Below the pieces are notes generated by a model, which saw only the letters and a program-made list of their open reading frames with translations, was not told where the DNA came from and did no database searches. A DNA stretch of 52,434 nucleotides from Gammaproteobacteria bacterium. Lineage in GTDB: Bacteria; Pseudomonadota; Gammaproteobacteria; Immundisolibacterales; JAKLLR01. A program made the position numbers and the translations under genes. The number at the start of each line of letters is the position of its first letter. The first letter of the stretch is position 1. The stretch is taken from the NCBI GenBank assembly GCA_022014175.1, contig JAKLLR010000001.1:1-52434 (forward strand). Reading direction: 5' to 3'. Of this stretch, positions 39,293 to 50,802 are shown piece by piece.

Positions 39293-40213
39293 TCAGATAT
39301 AGCTTAACCATTCCGGATGCAGGTCGAGCCGCCCATTAACCAGGTCGAAGTAGCTCTCCTGCAGCTGTTTGGTCACCGGCCCCCGTTTGCCTTCACCGAT
39401 AATACGATCATCCAGGGAGCGGATGGGGGTTACCTCTGCCGCGGTCCCGGTGAAGAAGGCTTCGTCGGCGATGTAGACCTCGTCTCGTGTGATCCGTTTT
39501 TCGATGATCTCGTAACCCGCCTCACTGGCCAGGGCGACCACTGTATCCCGGGTGATGCCCTCAAGTGCTGAGGTCATGTCCGGGGAGTAGATTTTGCCGT
39601 TGCGAACGAGGAAGATATTCTCGCCACTGCCTTCGGCGACGAACCCTTCGGTGTCGAGCAGCAGGGCTTCATCGTAACCGCAGGCCTGGGCCTCCCGCAG
39701 GGCCAGCATGGAGTTGATGTAGTTGCCGGTCGCCTTGGTCTTGCACATGGTGATGTTGACGTGGTGGCGGGTGTAGGAGGAGGTCCGCAGCCGAACCCCT
39801 TTGTCCAGGGCATCTTCCCCGAGATAAGCACCCCAGGGCCAGCTGGCGATGGCTGTATGTACGGTCAGATTAGGCGCGCTGACCCCCATGGCCTCGGAGC
39901 CGTAGAAACAGATTGGTCGGATGTAGGCTTCGTCGAGGCCGTTTTCGGTCACCACCTGACGGCTGGCATCAATCAGCTGCTGCTGCTCGAAGGGAATCTC
40001 CATCTGCAGAATGTGGGCGGAATTGAATAGCCGGGCGATATGGTCTTCCAGCCGAAAAATGGCACTACCGCGGCCGGTTTTGTAGGCACGCATGCCTTCG
40101 AACACGGCCATACCGTAATGCAGGCTGTGGGTGAGCACGTGAATTTTCGCCTCACGCCAGGGTACCAGCTCGCCGTCAAACCAGATGACCCCGTCGCGGT
40201 CTTCCATTCCCAT
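39293..40213 (-). CDS. ilvE: Branched-chain amino acid aminotransferase
   Basis: 306 aa, IWFDGELVPWREAKIHVLTHSLHYGMAVFEGMRAY…, a class IV aminotransferase. Confidence 0.92.
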   Translation of the reverse strand: MGMEDRDGVIWFDGELVPWREAKIHVLTHSLHYGMAVFEGMRAYKTGRGSAIFRLEDHIARLFNSAHILQMEIPFEQQQLIDASRQVVTENGLDEAYIRPICFYGSEAMGVSAPNLTVHTAIASWPWGAYLGEDALDKGVRLRTSSYTRHHVNITMCKTKATGNYINSMLALREAQACGYDEALLLDTEGFVAEGSGENIFLVRNGKIYSPDMTSALEGITRDTVVALASEAGYEIIEKRITRDEVYIADEAFFTGTAAEVTPIRSLDDRIIGEGKRGPVTKQLQESYFDLVNGRLDLHPEWLSYI

Positions 40214-40339
40214 GGTGTTTATCCTGTATCAAAGCGTTCCGCCAGACCCGGGGATATGGCGCATATTCCGAGCGATCTGCCGCCGGTTCAGCCGACGGAT
40301 TCTACACGAATCACTTTTCCAGATGGTTGTTCCAGAGAC

Positions 40340-40373
40340 AAAAAACCCCGGGCACTTGCATGCCCGGGGTCTC
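40340..40373 (-). terminator. Rho-independent terminator downstream of groEL
   Basis: Minus strand: ACCCCGGGCA-tgcaag-TGCCCGGGGT followed by TTTTTTG. A perfect 10-bp GC-rich stem, 22 nt after the groEL stop. Confidence 0.85.
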
Positions 40374-40395
40374 TGTTTTCGACGCTGGTGGTGGG

Positions 40396-42072
<1,677 letters not shown>

Positions 42073-42099
42073 TTAATAAGGGTGGGCTGATTGTAGGAA

Positions 42100-42390
42100 T
42101 CAGCCGCTGATCACGGCGATAACGTCGTCTTCGCGCATAACCAGCAGCTCTTCGTCATCGAGTTTGACTTCGGTGCCGGCATATTTGCCGAACAGCACGC
42201 TATCGCCGACCTTCAGATCGAGGGCGCGAACGTCGCCGTTTTCCAGAATCTTGCCGATGCCGACGGCGACAACACTGCCCCGGATCGGTTTCTCCTTGGC
42301 CGAATCAGGCAGCACGATGCCACCGGCGCTCTTTTTCTCTTCTTCTTCCCGGCGGATGACCACACGGTCATGTAATGGACGGATTTTCAT
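42100..42390 (-). CDS. groES: Co-chaperonin GroES
   Basis: 96 aa, [35 protein letters not shown]…. Confidence 0.97.
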   Translation of the reverse strand: MKIRPLHDRVVIRREEEEKKSAGGIVLPDSAKEKPIRGSVVAVGIGKILENGDVRALDLKVGDSVLFGKYAGTEVKLDDEELLVMREDDVIAVISG

Positions 42391-42435
42391 CGTTTTTTCA
42401 CTCCTTTTAGAGCAATGGTAAAGCCAATAAACGCA

Positions 42436-42462
42436 TTAGCACTCTGGCTATGGGAGTGCCAA
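42436..42462. promoter_or_regulatory. CIRCE operator (HrcA binding site) in the groES leader
   Basis: TTAGCACTC-N9-GAGTGCCAA, against the consensus TTAGCACTC-N9-GAGTGCTAA (1 mismatch). It lies 46 nt upstream of the groES ATG and abuts the -10 element. Confidence 0.85.
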
Positions 42463-42489
42463 TGATAGGTTTCAGTTTGCCGCTGTCAA
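42462..42489 (-). promoter_or_regulatory. Sigma70-type promoter of groESL
   Basis: Minus strand: TTGACA (42489-42484), 16-nt spacer, TATCAT (42467-42462). Transcription would start inside CIRCE. Confidence 0.6.
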
Positions 42490-42555
42490 GCAACGCCAAA
42501 AGGTCCGGCAACCGCCCTGAACCGGCCAGGCAACGGTTGTCCCTCGGGGCCTAAA

Positions 42556-42581
42556 GTGGGGCCGTCGGATGCCGGTTCAAG
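42556..42581 (-). promoter_or_regulatory. Sigma32-like heat-shock promoter upstream of groESL
   Basis: Minus strand: CTTGAA (42581-42576), 14-nt spacer, CCCCACTT (from 42561), against the consensus CTTGAAA-N13-14-CCCCATnT. Confidence 0.5.
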
Positions 42582-42724
42582 GCGCTCGGCCCGATTAGTT
42601 TGAAAACTTTTTGCCGGATCGGCGTTTATAATCCGCCGCAACCCAGAACTTGGATCCGGCCGGGCGGTCTACTTCGTTCCACCGCACCTGGCTCGGGGCT
42701 GTATTTTTAATGGCGAGAATCATC

Positions 42725-44533
42725 ATGAAATGGCTCAGCGCCGCACTACTCTCCCTCACTGCGGTGGCGAGTCTTGCCCAGGGCAGCGGATTACTGAATC
42801 TGACCGGCAGTAGTCCAGAGTTTCTACCGGTGGACAGGGCGTTCGTGCCGAGTGTTGTGGCAAGCACCCCCGAGGAGATCAAGCTGAATTTTGCTATTGC
42901 GGAGGGGTACTACCTCTATCGTGAGAAGTTCAAATTCAGCCTGAGTCCAGAAGGTGTCGCGCTTCTCGGTACCCCCCGGTTGCCCCCCGGGGAGGTCGAA
43001 GAGGATCCCTATATCGGCGCCACTGAGATCTATCGCCGCAATCTGGAGCTGGTTCTGCCCCTACAGGCTGTAGAGGGTGCTGGGGCGGATGGGCTTGTGT
43101 TGGCCGTTGAATATCAGGGTTGCGCCGACGCGGGGCTCTGTTATGCCCCGGAAACCCGGCGATTTGAGTTGGCCATGGCGGGACAACCGTCGAATTCGAG
43201 TTCGGCAGCCGCAGCGTCGGCCGGGGCCTCTCCCGGGTCTGAAGGTTCGGCTGTTAAAGGATCGGTGGCCTGGCTGCTGCTGGGCGCGTTCGCGACGGGG
43301 CTGGCTCTGAGTCTGACGCCATGTGTCCTGCCCATGGTGCCGATTGTCACGGCGGTGGTGGTGGGCGAAGGCGCTGCTCCCCGTCGCGGCCTGTTGCTCT
43401 CCATCGCTTATGTGGCGGGAACGGCGACCACCTACACGTTTGCCGGGGCCCTGGCCGGCGCCACCGGTGCTCAGCTACAGGCCTATTTTCAGACCCCGTG
43501 GGCGATCGGATTGCTCAGCCTGCTGCTGGTGTTGATGGCGGCGGGAATGTTCGGGGTGCTCAATCTGCGGCTGCCTGGTGGTTTGCAGGGCAGGCTGGTT
43601 GAGCGGTTGCAGCGGTTTCGGCCCCGCTCCGTTGGCGGGGTCTATCTGCTGGGGTTGTTCTCTGCGCTGGTGGTGGGGGCTTGCGTTGGTCCGCTGGTGA
43701 TCAGTGTGTTGGGTATCGCCATGGAGCGGGGCGACCCGCTGCTGGGGGCGGGCCTGATGTTCGCCATGGCCTGGGGCATGGGGCTGTTGTTGATCGCCGT
43801 TGGCTCCGGTGCGGCGCTGCTGGTGCCCCGTGGCGGCGCCTGGATGACCCGGGTTTCACAACTGCTGGGGGTGGTTCTGCTGGCAGCGGCGATTCATGTT
43901 TTGACCGCGCTGCCAGCGGTGCCTGTGCTGCTGCTGTGGGGGGTGTTGCTGGTGGTTTGCGGAGTCTACCTGGGCGCAACCCGGGGGCTCTCCGCTGAAG
44001 CCGACGGCTGGCAGACCCTGCTGCAGGGATTGGGTCTTGTTGCCATCATCTGGGGCACAGCCTGTTTGGTGGGTGGCTTCCTGGGCGAGCGGGACCCCCT
44101 TCGGCCCCTGCCGCTAAACCGACTGAGCAGCGTGGCGCCCACGACCGAGTTGCCGTTTCAGCGGGTCTCTACCCTGGCTGACCTGGAGAGCCGGTTGCAG
44201 CTGGCGGTGCAGCAGGGTCGGCCCGTTATGCTGGACTACTATGCGGACTGGTGTACGGATTGTGTGCGGATGCAGCGCTCCACTTTTCTTGATCCGCGTT
44301 TGCAAGCGGCGGTGGCCGGTTTCACGCTGATCCAGCTGGATGTGACCCGCAACGACGCGGCGTCCACCCGGCTGAAGAAGCGGTTCGGGGTTTTTGGGCC
44401 ACCCGCGTTGGTCTGGGTAGATCAGGCGGGGCGGGATCGGCCGGAGCTGACCCTCTACGGTTATCGCACTGCCGATGAGTTGCTGCGCCAGGCGGCAAAG
44501 ATGCACAGCGATGAGAAGGAAAAGGATGTTTGA
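42725..44533 (+). CDS. dsbD: Thiol:disulfide interchange protein DsbD
   Basis: Signal peptide MKWLSAALLSLTAVASLAQG, an N-terminal DsbD-alpha domain, a TM core (LTPCVLPMVPI) and a C-terminal thioredoxin domain with YADWCTDCVRM. Alternative ATG starts lie at 42710 and 42650. Confidence 0.88.
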   Translation: MKWLSAALLSLTAVASLAQGSGLLNLTGSSPEFLPVDRAFVPSVVASTPEEIKLNFAIAEGYYLYREKFKFSLSPEGVALLGTPRLPPGEVEEDPYIGATEIYRRNLELVLPLQAVEGAGADGLVLAVEYQGCADAGLCYAPETRRFELAMAGQPSNSSSAAAASAGASPGSEGSAVKGSVAWLLLGAFATGLALSLTPCVLPMVPIVTAVVVGEGAAPRRGLLLSIAYVAGTATTYTFAGALAGATGAQLQAYFQTPWAIGLLSLLLVLMAAGMFGVLNLRLPGGLQGRLVERLQRFRPRSVGGVYLLGLFSALVVGACVGPLVISVLGIAMERGDPLLGAGLMFAMAWGMGLLLIAVGSGAALLVPRGGAWMTRVSQLLGVVLLAAAIHVLTALPAVPVLLLWGVLLVVCGVYLGATRGLSAEADGWQTLLQGLGLVAIIWGTACLVGGFLGERDPLRPLPLNRLSSVAPTTELPFQRVSTLADLESRLQLAVQQGRPVMLDYYADWCTDCVRMQRSTFLDPRLQAAVAGFTLIQLDVTRNDAASTRLKKRFGVFGPPALVWVDQAGRDRPELTLYGYRTADELLRQAAKMHSDEKEKDV

Positions 44534-45047
44534 TCGTCGATTGCTGATTGCGGCGGGTGTTGCGCTGTTGATGGGCCTGGCGGGGGGTTACTGGTTCCGC
44601 CAGGGACCCGGCCTGGCCCTGGATAGCCGTTCGGCTGCCCAACCGGGTTTTCGGTTGCCGGACCTTGAGGGGCGGATGCGCCAGCCGGACGACTGGCTGG
44701 GCCAGGTAGTGGTGCTCAATTTCTGGGCCAGCTGGTGCCCCCCCTGCGTCAAGGAGATGCCCGAGTTTGCCGCGTTGCAGTCCGAATACGGCGAGCGGGG
44801 GGTGCAGTTTGTGGGCATTGCATCGGAGCCGGACGATGCGGCCCGGGCCTTTCTGCAGAAAACACCGGTCAACTATCCGATTCTGCTGGGCAATCTGGAT
44901 GCGATCAGCATCGCCCAGGCTTACGGCAACAGCATGGGGGCGCTACCCTTTACCGTGTTTATTGGCCGCGATGGTCAGATCGCCGCGCGGCGACCGGGGG
45001 GGCTCTCCCGGGCCCAGACCGAAGGGCTGATCGCTGAGTTGCTCTAG
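44526..45047 (+). CDS. TlpA/ResA-family periplasmic thiol-disulfide oxidoreductase
   Basis: [21 protein letters not shown] (anchor), then [21 protein letters not shown] (CxxC thioredoxin fold). The ATG at 44526 overlaps the dsbD end by 8 nt. Confidence 0.82.
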   Translation: MFDRRLLIAAGVALLMGLAGGYWFRQGPGLALDSRSAAQPGFRLPDLEGRMRQPDDWLGQVVVLNFWASWCPPCVKEMPEFAALQSEYGERGVQFVGIASEPDDAARAFLQKTPVNYPILLGNLDAISIAQAYGNSMGALPFTVFIGRDGQIAARRPGGLSRAQTEGLIAELL

Positions 45048-45139
45048 GGGAAAGCCTGACCGTTAGCTGCGGTTTCGCCGCTTTTCATTGCAGTTTTGCG
45101 GTATATTGCCCCGGCTCCTACTTGAACCCGGAACTGACG

Positions 45140-45595
45140 ATGGCGACCATCCAGCTTATTCATGGCCCGAATCTCAATCTGCTTGGCAGCCGCGAGCCGG
45201 TGATTTACGGCCATACCGGGCTGGCTGAAATTGAGCAGCGTTGCAGCACGGCGGCGACCGCCCGAGGATTCAAATTGCAATCCATGCAGAGCAATGCCGA
45301 GCATGAGCTGATTGAGGCGGTGCAGCAGACCGCAGCGACCGATGTGGGCTTCATCGTGATTAATCCGGCGGCCTTTACCCATACCAGCGTGGCCCTGCGG
45401 GACGCGCTGGCGGCGGTCGGGCTGCCGTTTATTGAAGTCCATCTCTCCAACGTGTTTGCCCGGGAGCCGTTTCGGGCGGAGTCCTATTTTTCCGATCTGG
45501 CGGTGGGTGTGATCAGCGGGCTGGGGCACCAGGGTTACGAATATGCAGTGGAATGGGCGGCCCAGTATCTGGTTGCCGCAGAGCGTGATAACTGA
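45140..45595 (+). CDS. aroQ: Type II 3-dehydroquinate dehydratase
   Basis: [24 protein letters not shown]…[19 protein letters not shown]…EVHLSNV. Confidence 0.93.
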   Translation: MATIQLIHGPNLNLLGSREPVIYGHTGLAEIEQRCSTAATARGFKLQSMQSNAEHELIEAVQQTAATDVGFIVINPAAFTHTSVALRDALAAVGLPFIEVHLSNVFAREPFRAESYFSDLAVGVISGLGHQGYEYAVEWAAQYLVAAERDN

Positions 45596-45608
45596 GGAGT
45601 GATTGTCG

Positions 45609-46040
45609 TTGGATATTAGAAAAGTTAAAAAACTGATCGAGCTGGTGCAGGAGTCAGGCATCGCCGAGTTGGAGATTCATGAGGGCGAGGAGTCGGTCCG
45701 CATCAGCCAGCAGAGTAGTGGACAGGTGCTGGTGTCCGCCCCCGAGGTTGCCCGGCCGCCGGTTGCTGCGGTTGAGACAGCGGCCGAGCCGACACCGGTT
45801 ATGGACGGGCACCAGGTGACTTCGCCGATGGTCGGGGTGTTCTATCGGGCCTCTTCACCCACCAGTCGGCCCTTTGTGGAGGTCGGTGACACGGTGGCGG
45901 TAGGGGACCCCCTCTGCATTGTGGAGGCGATGAAACTGTTCAACGAGATCGTGGCCGACAAGGCGGGAGTGGTTAGCGCGATCCTTGGGGAAAACGGTGA
46001 CCCGGTTGAGTATGGTCAGCCCCTGATCATCATCGAGTAA
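45609..46040 (+). CDS. accB: Acetyl-CoA carboxylase biotin carboxyl carrier protein
   Basis: (M)[22 protein letters not shown]… with the biotinyl-lysine motif [12 protein letters not shown]. The TTG at 45609 lies 9 nt after GAGGAG. The track start, a TTG at 45603, is also possible. Confidence 0.9.
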   Translation: MDIRKVKKLIELVQESGIAELEIHEGEESVRISQQSSGQVLVSAPEVARPPVAAVETAAEPTPVMDGHQVTSPMVGVFYRASSPTSRPFVEVGDTVAVGDPLCIVEAMKLFNEIVADKAGVVSAILGENGDPVEYGQPLIIIE

Positions 46041-46053
46041 CGGCTGAATAACT

Positions 46054-47415
46054 ATGTTACGCAAGGTTTTAATCGCGAACAGGGGCGAGATCGCGCTGCG
46101 CGTTCTTCGGGCCTGTCGGCAGCTGGGCATCAGCACGGTTGCGGTCCATTCCGATGTGGATCGGGACCTGATCCATGTGAGGCTGGCGGATGAATCGGTC
46201 TGTATCGGGCCGGCGTCGTCCACCGAGAGTTACCTCAACATTCCAGCGATTATCAGTGCTGCGGAAGTCACCAACGCTGATGCGGTCCATCCGGGTTATG
46301 GTTTTCTCTCGGAGAACGCAGATTTCGTCGACATGGTCGAACGCAGCGGTTTTGTCTTTATCGGTCCCCGGGGCGAGACCATGCGGACGATGGGGGACAA
46401 GATCAGCGCCATCCGTTTTATGCGAGAGAAAGGCATTCCCTGTCTGCCCGGGTCCGACGGTGCGCTGACCGAAGACGGTGCGGTGACTCGCAGGCTGGCG
46501 AAGGAGATCGGCTACCCGGTGATCTTGAAGGCCTCCGGCGGCGGTGGCGGTCGCGGTATGCGGGTGGTCTACCACGAGGCCGACCTGGAATCCGCGTTTG
46601 CCCTGACCCGGACCGAAGCCCTGACCGCCTTTGGCAATGGCGACATCTACATGGAGAAGTATCTCCAGAACCCCCGCCATATCGAGTTCCAGGTACTGGG
46701 GGATGGAACCGGGCGGGCAATCCATCTAGGGGAGCGGGACTGCTCTCTGCAGCGCCGCCACCAGAAGGTGGTAGAGGAGGCGCCAGCCCCGGGTATCAAA
46801 CCCTCTGTTCGTGAGCGGATCGGTGAACTCTGTGCCCGGGTCTGCTCCGAAATGGAGTACCGGGGTGCGGGCACTTTCGAGTTTCTGTATGAGAATGACG
46901 AGTTCTACTTCATTGAGATGAACACCCGGATTCAGGTGGAGCATCCGGTGACGGAGTTGGTCACCGGGGTGGACCTGGTGGCCGAGCAGCTGCACATTGC
47001 CGGGGGCGAGCCCCTGCGATATAAACAGAAGGACATCCAGCTGAGTGGGCATGCCATTGAGTGCCGCATCAATGCCGAAGATCCGGATAATTTCACGCCC
47101 TCGCCGGGCACTGTCAGCCAGTTTCATCCCCCGGGAGGCCCCGGTGTGCGGATGGATTCCCATCTCTATGCCGGCTACCGCGTGCCACCGAACTATGACT
47201 CCATGGTTGGCAAGCTGATCGTGCGGGGGGATGACCGCCCCGGCGCCATTGCACGTATGCACGCGGCGCTGGACGAGATGTTCGTGGAGGGGATCAAAAC
47301 CAATCTGCCCCTGCATCGGCGGATCATGGATGACCCCGGTTTTCAGGCCGGTGGGGTCACGATCTATCACCTCGAAAGCATGGTGGCTGACGCCGCCAAA
47401 TTGGCGGGAGAGTAG
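46054..47415 (+). CDS. accC: Acetyl-CoA carboxylase biotin carboxylase subunit
   Basis: 453 aa, [21 protein letters not shown]…, with an ATP-grasp domain ([10 protein letters not shown]). Confidence 0.96.
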   Translation: MLRKVLIANRGEIALRVLRACRQLGISTVAVHSDVDRDLIHVRLADESVCIGPASSTESYLNIPAIISAAEVTNADAVHPGYGFLSENADFVDMVERSGFVFIGPRGETMRTMGDKISAIRFMREKGIPCLPGSDGALTEDGAVTRRLAKEIGYPVILKASGGGGGRGMRVVYHEADLESAFALTRTEALTAFGNGDIYMEKYLQNPRHIEFQVLGDGTGRAIHLGERDCSLQRRHQKVVEEAPAPGIKPSVRERIGELCARVCSEMEYRGAGTFEFLYENDEFYFIEMNTRIQVEHPVTELVTGVDLVAEQLHIAGGEPLRYKQKDIQLSGHAIECRINAEDPDNFTPSPGTVSQFHPPGGPGVRMDSHLYAGYRVPPNYDSMVGKLIVRGDDRPGAIARMHAALDEMFVEGIKTNLPLHRRIMDDPGFQAGGVTIYHLESMVADAAKLAGE

Positions 47416-47417
47416 CT

Positions 47418-47735
47418 GTGCAGGTGCAAACGACCATAGAGCAGAAGCTGGCAGCCGGGTTGCAGCCCGCAGTGCTGCAGGTGATCAATGAGAGCGGCAT
47501 GCACAACGTGCCGGCGGGCTCCGAGTCCCACTTCAAGGTGGTGGCCGTCAGCGACGCCTTTGTCGATCTCGGCCTGGTGCAGCGCCATCGTCAGATTAAC
47601 GGACTGCTGGCGGATGAGTTGGCGGGGCCGGTGCATGCTTTATCTCTACAGGCGTTTACGCCGGAGGAGTGGGTGGCCCGGGGCGGGCAATTCGATGCGT
47701 CTCCAGACTGCCTCGGAGGCTCCAGCGCCGGTTGA
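47418..47735 (+). CDS. BolA family protein
   Basis: 105 aa with a GTG start, …VINESGMHNVPAGSESHFKVVAVSDAF…VQRHRQINGLLADEL…VHALSLQAFTPEEW. Confidence 0.78.
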   Translation: MQVQTTIEQKLAAGLQPAVLQVINESGMHNVPAGSESHFKVVAVSDAFVDLGLVQRHRQINGLLADELAGPVHALSLQAFTPEEWVARGGQFDASPDCLGGSSAG

Positions 47736-47781
47736 TTTGTATCGCCTCGCTGGATTTTATCGCAGAGGGGAGGAGGAACCC

Positions 47782-48579
47782 ATGGATCAAAGCGTTGCCG
47801 AGACGGCTGATGGGGTTTCCATTGCCTATCAAACTGCGGGCACTGGTCAGCCGGCTCTGGTCTTCATCCACGGTTGGTCCAGTCGGGCCAGCCACTGGCG
47901 GGCGCAGCTGCCCCGATTCGCGGAAAACTATCAGGTTGTCGCGGTGGATCTGGGGGGCCACGGCCATTCCGGCACCAACCGCGACCGCTGGGATCTGCCC
48001 GCCTTTGCCGATGATGTGGTCACCGTAGCGGATGCGCTGGATCTGCAGCAGATCATTTTGGTTGGCCACTCCATGGGTGCGGTGGTGATGGTCGAGGCAG
48101 CCAGCCGTTTGGGCGATCGAGTGATCGGCCTGGTCGCGACGGATACCCTGCACAACGTCGAGCAGCTTTTTCCACCCGGTGCACTGGAGGCTGTGGTGGC
48201 GGGGCTGCATCAGAATTTCCGGGCGGGCACCCGTGGTTTCGTCGAAGCTCTGTTTGTGCCGGATACCGATCCAGCTCTACGGCAGGGCCTGATTGACGAC
48301 GTCTGTGCCGCCAATCCTGAAGTGGCCATTCCTGCGATGGAGTCGGTGGTCAGCTATGATGTGGTACCGGCGCTGGAGAGAGTCAAAGCGCCGGTTCACT
48401 GTATTAACTCAGATATGGTGCCCTCAAGCGAGGCGGCGGGACGTCGGCATTGCGCCGAATTCACGGTCGAAATTATGCCGGGCCTGGGGCACTTTCCCCA
48501 GTTGGAGGCCCCGGAGTCGTTTAATCACCGCCTGCAGCAGACCATTGACCGCTTTGTGTCTCAGGCCGGGGGCGCGTAG
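47782..48579 (+). CDS. Alpha/beta hydrolase fold protein
   Basis: MDQSVAETADGVSIAYQTAGTGQPALVFIHGWSS… with the nucleophile elbow GHSMGA and a C-terminal GLGHFPQLE. The track ORF starting at 47488 overlaps the BolA gene and is discounted. Confidence 0.8.
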   Translation: MDQSVAETADGVSIAYQTAGTGQPALVFIHGWSSRASHWRAQLPRFAENYQVVAVDLGGHGHSGTNRDRWDLPAFADDVVTVADALDLQQIILVGHSMGAVVMVEAASRLGDRVIGLVATDTLHNVEQLFPPGALEAVVAGLHQNFRAGTRGFVEALFVPDTDPALRQGLIDDVCAANPEVAIPAMESVVSYDVVPALERVKAPVHCINSDMVPSSEAAGRRHCAEFTVEIMPGLGHFPQLEAPESFNHRLQQTIDRFVSQAGGA

Positions 48580-49652
48580 GGTGTCGGATCCAGTTTCGGA
48601 CTGCGGTGCAGCATCAAATCCACCAGCAGTTCGCAGCTACCCGGTGCCAGCACCAGACCATTACGATACTGGCCGGCGTTGACATAGAGATTCTCCCGCG
48701 CCGGGTGGCGACCGATAAAGGGCGTGCCGTCCGGGGAGCCAGGGCGCAGGCCCGCCCAGTGGCGAATCACAGGATAATCCGCCAGGGCCGGTAGTATTTC
48801 CAACGCCGAAGCTTCCAGTGCCCGCCGAGCCGTCTGGGTGGTGGCCAGATCGAAACCCACCTCTTCGAGGGTGCTGCCACAGAGAATACGGCCATCTTTT
48901 CGGGGGATCAGATAGCGCTCTCCATGCAGTACGATTCGCTGCAAAAGGCCGGGCCTGGCCTGAAACAGCAGCATCTGGCCCCGGACCGGCCGAACAGGCA
49001 GCGGAGTGCCGCCAACTTCAGCGCTGAGCTGACCGCTCCAGGCGCCGGTCGCCAGCACAAACTGGTCAGCATGGAAGCGGTCGCCACTGCGTGTAACCAC
49101 CCCGGTGAGGCGCTGCCCGCTGTGCTCGAAGCCGGTGACTTCCGCCTGCTCCACGGTATTGATGCCCAGTTGGTCGATACTGGCGGAGAGGGCGGCCAGA
49201 AAACGGGGGTTTCTGAGCTGGGCGATTTCAGGTAGCCAGAGAGCGTGTTCGGCCGGTTTCAGCCCGGGCTGGATTTGGTTGATTGCCCTTTGATCGAGTG
49301 GTTGAAGCCTGGTCTGCCACTGGTCGGCCCAGCCCCGGGCTGCGGCGAGTTCTGTGTCGTCTAGAACCAGCAGTCCGCTACCCAGCCATTCGCTATCGTG
49401 CCCGGTCTCCGCCTGCAATGCCGCAGCCAGAGGCGGGTGCAGTGACTGGCTGCGCCGGGCCAGGGCCGACACCGCAGCCGGGTAGCGCCAGGGGTAGAGG
49501 GGGGAGAGAATGCCGCCCCCGGCCCAGGAGGCCTGCCGCCCCCGGACACCCTGCTCCAGCAGATGCACTGAGCACCCCGCCATGGCGAGCATGCGGGCCG
49601 TGAGCATGCCCAGCACACCCCCGCCGACCACCACCACATCGCGGTGGGGCAT
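48561..49652 (-). CDS. thiO: Glycine oxidase ThiO / FAD-dependent D-amino-acid-oxidase family
   Basis: 363 aa, DVVVVGGGVLGMLTARMLAMAG…GLRPGSPDGTPFIG. It is adjacent to the minor-pilin locus, as PA4548 is in P. aeruginosa. Confidence 0.72.
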   Translation of the reverse strand: MPHRDVVVVGGGVLGMLTARMLAMAGCSVHLLEQGVRGRQASWAGGGILSPLYPWRYPAAVSALARRSQSLHPPLAAALQAETGHDSEWLGSGLLVLDDTELAAARGWADQWQTRLQPLDQRAINQIQPGLKPAEHALWLPEIAQLRNPRFLAALSASIDQLGINTVEQAEVTGFEHSGQRLTGVVTRSGDRFHADQFVLATGAWSGQLSAEVGGTPLPVRPVRGQMLLFQARPGLLQRIVLHGERYLIPRKDGRILCGSTLEEVGFDLATTQTARRALEASALEILPALADYPVIRHWAGLRPGSPDGTPFIGRHPARENLYVNAGQYRNGLVLAPGSCELLVDLMLHRSPKLDPTPYAPPA

Positions 49653-49697
49653 CAGTAAAAAGGAGTTGGCACAGATCGGGCAGGCTGATCGGCCGGA

Positions 49698-50102
49698 TTA
49701 GTGGCGCCAGCACTCCTGGCTGGCACCTGCGCCGTAGTCGGGTCCGCTCTGATTCACCACAAAAGTGCCGCAGCGGTCACCATCCTGCAGGGTGCCGCTG
49801 ATCGGCGCCGCATTAACCTGGTAGGCAAAGCTGGTTACATTGGAGAGGCTCATGGCGTAGTAGCCATCTTCCGACGTCGTCGTCATATTCAGATCAGCCA
49901 GAGTGCTGGTGTAGCGGACGTTGTTCGCCCGCCACTTTTCCAGGGCAAGCTGAATATCACTGAGCCCGTTTTTGGCATCGGCCCGTCGAGCCCGCTGCGC
50001 ATACTCCCGATAGGCGGGCAGCGCCACGGCCGCCAGCACCCCGATGATGACCACCACAATCATCACCTCGATCAACGTAAATCCATTTATTCGCTGTCGC
50101 AT
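49698..50102 (-). CDS. pilE: Type IV pilin, PilE-like
   Basis: [31 protein letters not shown]… (prepilin G|FTLIE cleavage/methylation site) and a C-terminal disulfide pair (DRCGTF…SQECW). The track's start at 50264 is a spurious extension. Confidence 0.82.
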   Translation of the reverse strand: MRQRINGFTLIEVMIVVVIIGVLAAVALPAYREYAQRARRADAKNGLSDIQLALEKWRANNVRYTSTLADLNMTTTSEDGYYAMSLSNVTSFAYQVNAAPISGTLQDGDRCGTFVVNQSGPDYGAGASQECWRH

Positions 50103-50257
50103 ATCTATGCTCTCCGGAGCTTGTAGTGTACGTCCCGGCTGGCAAAAAGAGCCAGTTTCAGACAAGCGGCCTGTTTGAAGCGACGGATGGTCGCTCTGTG
50201 TCCTGTCTAGGCTAATGTGTAGCACTATACTATTCCACACGTAAAGGACTGAACTTG

Positions 50258-50782
50258 ATGCCAAACCGAAACAGAAGCAGAGGCTTTACCCTCATTGAGG
50301 CGCTGATTGTGGTGGTCATCATCGGCGTGGTGAGCGCGCTGGCTGCCCCGGCCTTTACCCGGCTGCTGGAGCGCAACCGGCTCAAGGGTGCGGCCGAGAG
50401 CGTGTTCAGCGAGCTGATGCGGGCCAAAAGCGAGGCGGTCAAGCGCAACCGGCGCATCACCGTCAGTTTTGTGCCTGCAGCGGACGACAGTTGGTGTTTC
50501 GGCCTGATCGAGGGGAGCGCAGCCTGTGACTGCACCACGCTCAACAGCTGTCAGCTGGATGGGGTGGAGCGGGTGACCCGGGGTATTCAGTTTGAGGGGG
50601 TAGGTCTACCGTCTACAACCTTTACTGGCGATGATGTGACCTTCGAGCCTCAGCAGGGGCGCGCCAACGCCGGTACTGTAGGTGTTTTGAACGACGGCAT
50701 CACTGCCCAGGTGCGGGTTTCTGTGTTGGGCCGGGTCAGGGTCTGTTCCGATGACAATGTGCCGGGGTATCAATCGTGTTAA
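50258..50782 (+). CDS. fimT: GspH/FimT-family minor pilin
   Basis: [64 protein letters not shown], the GspH-type helix. The C-terminal region carries GRVR. Confidence 0.78.
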   Translation: MPNRNRSRGFTLIEALIVVVIIGVVSALAAPAFTRLLERNRLKGAAESVFSELMRAKSEAVKRNRRITVSFVPAADDSWCFGLIEGSAACDCTTLNSCQLDGVERVTRGIQFEGVGLPSTTFTGDDVTFEPQQGRANAGTVGVLNDGITAQVRVSVLGRVRVCSDDNVPGYQSC

Positions 50783-50802
50783 CTAAAACCGGGGTGCTGA
50801 GC

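Noticed and set aside
45048-45139. Possible small terminator hairpin (gcggtttcgccgc + tttt) and promoter hexamers between the tlpA-like gene and aroQ.
   Set aside because: The stem is only 4 bp, and no -35/-10 pair has acceptable spacing. The evidence is insufficient to annotate either.
50130-50150. TGGCA…GCC sequence (ctggcaaaaagagccag) upstream of fimT, considered as a sigma54 (-24/-12) pilin promoter.
   Set aside because: The GG-to-GC spacing is 8 nt rather than the required 10, and the -12 TTGC is absent. It is better described as a weak 5-bp hairpin.
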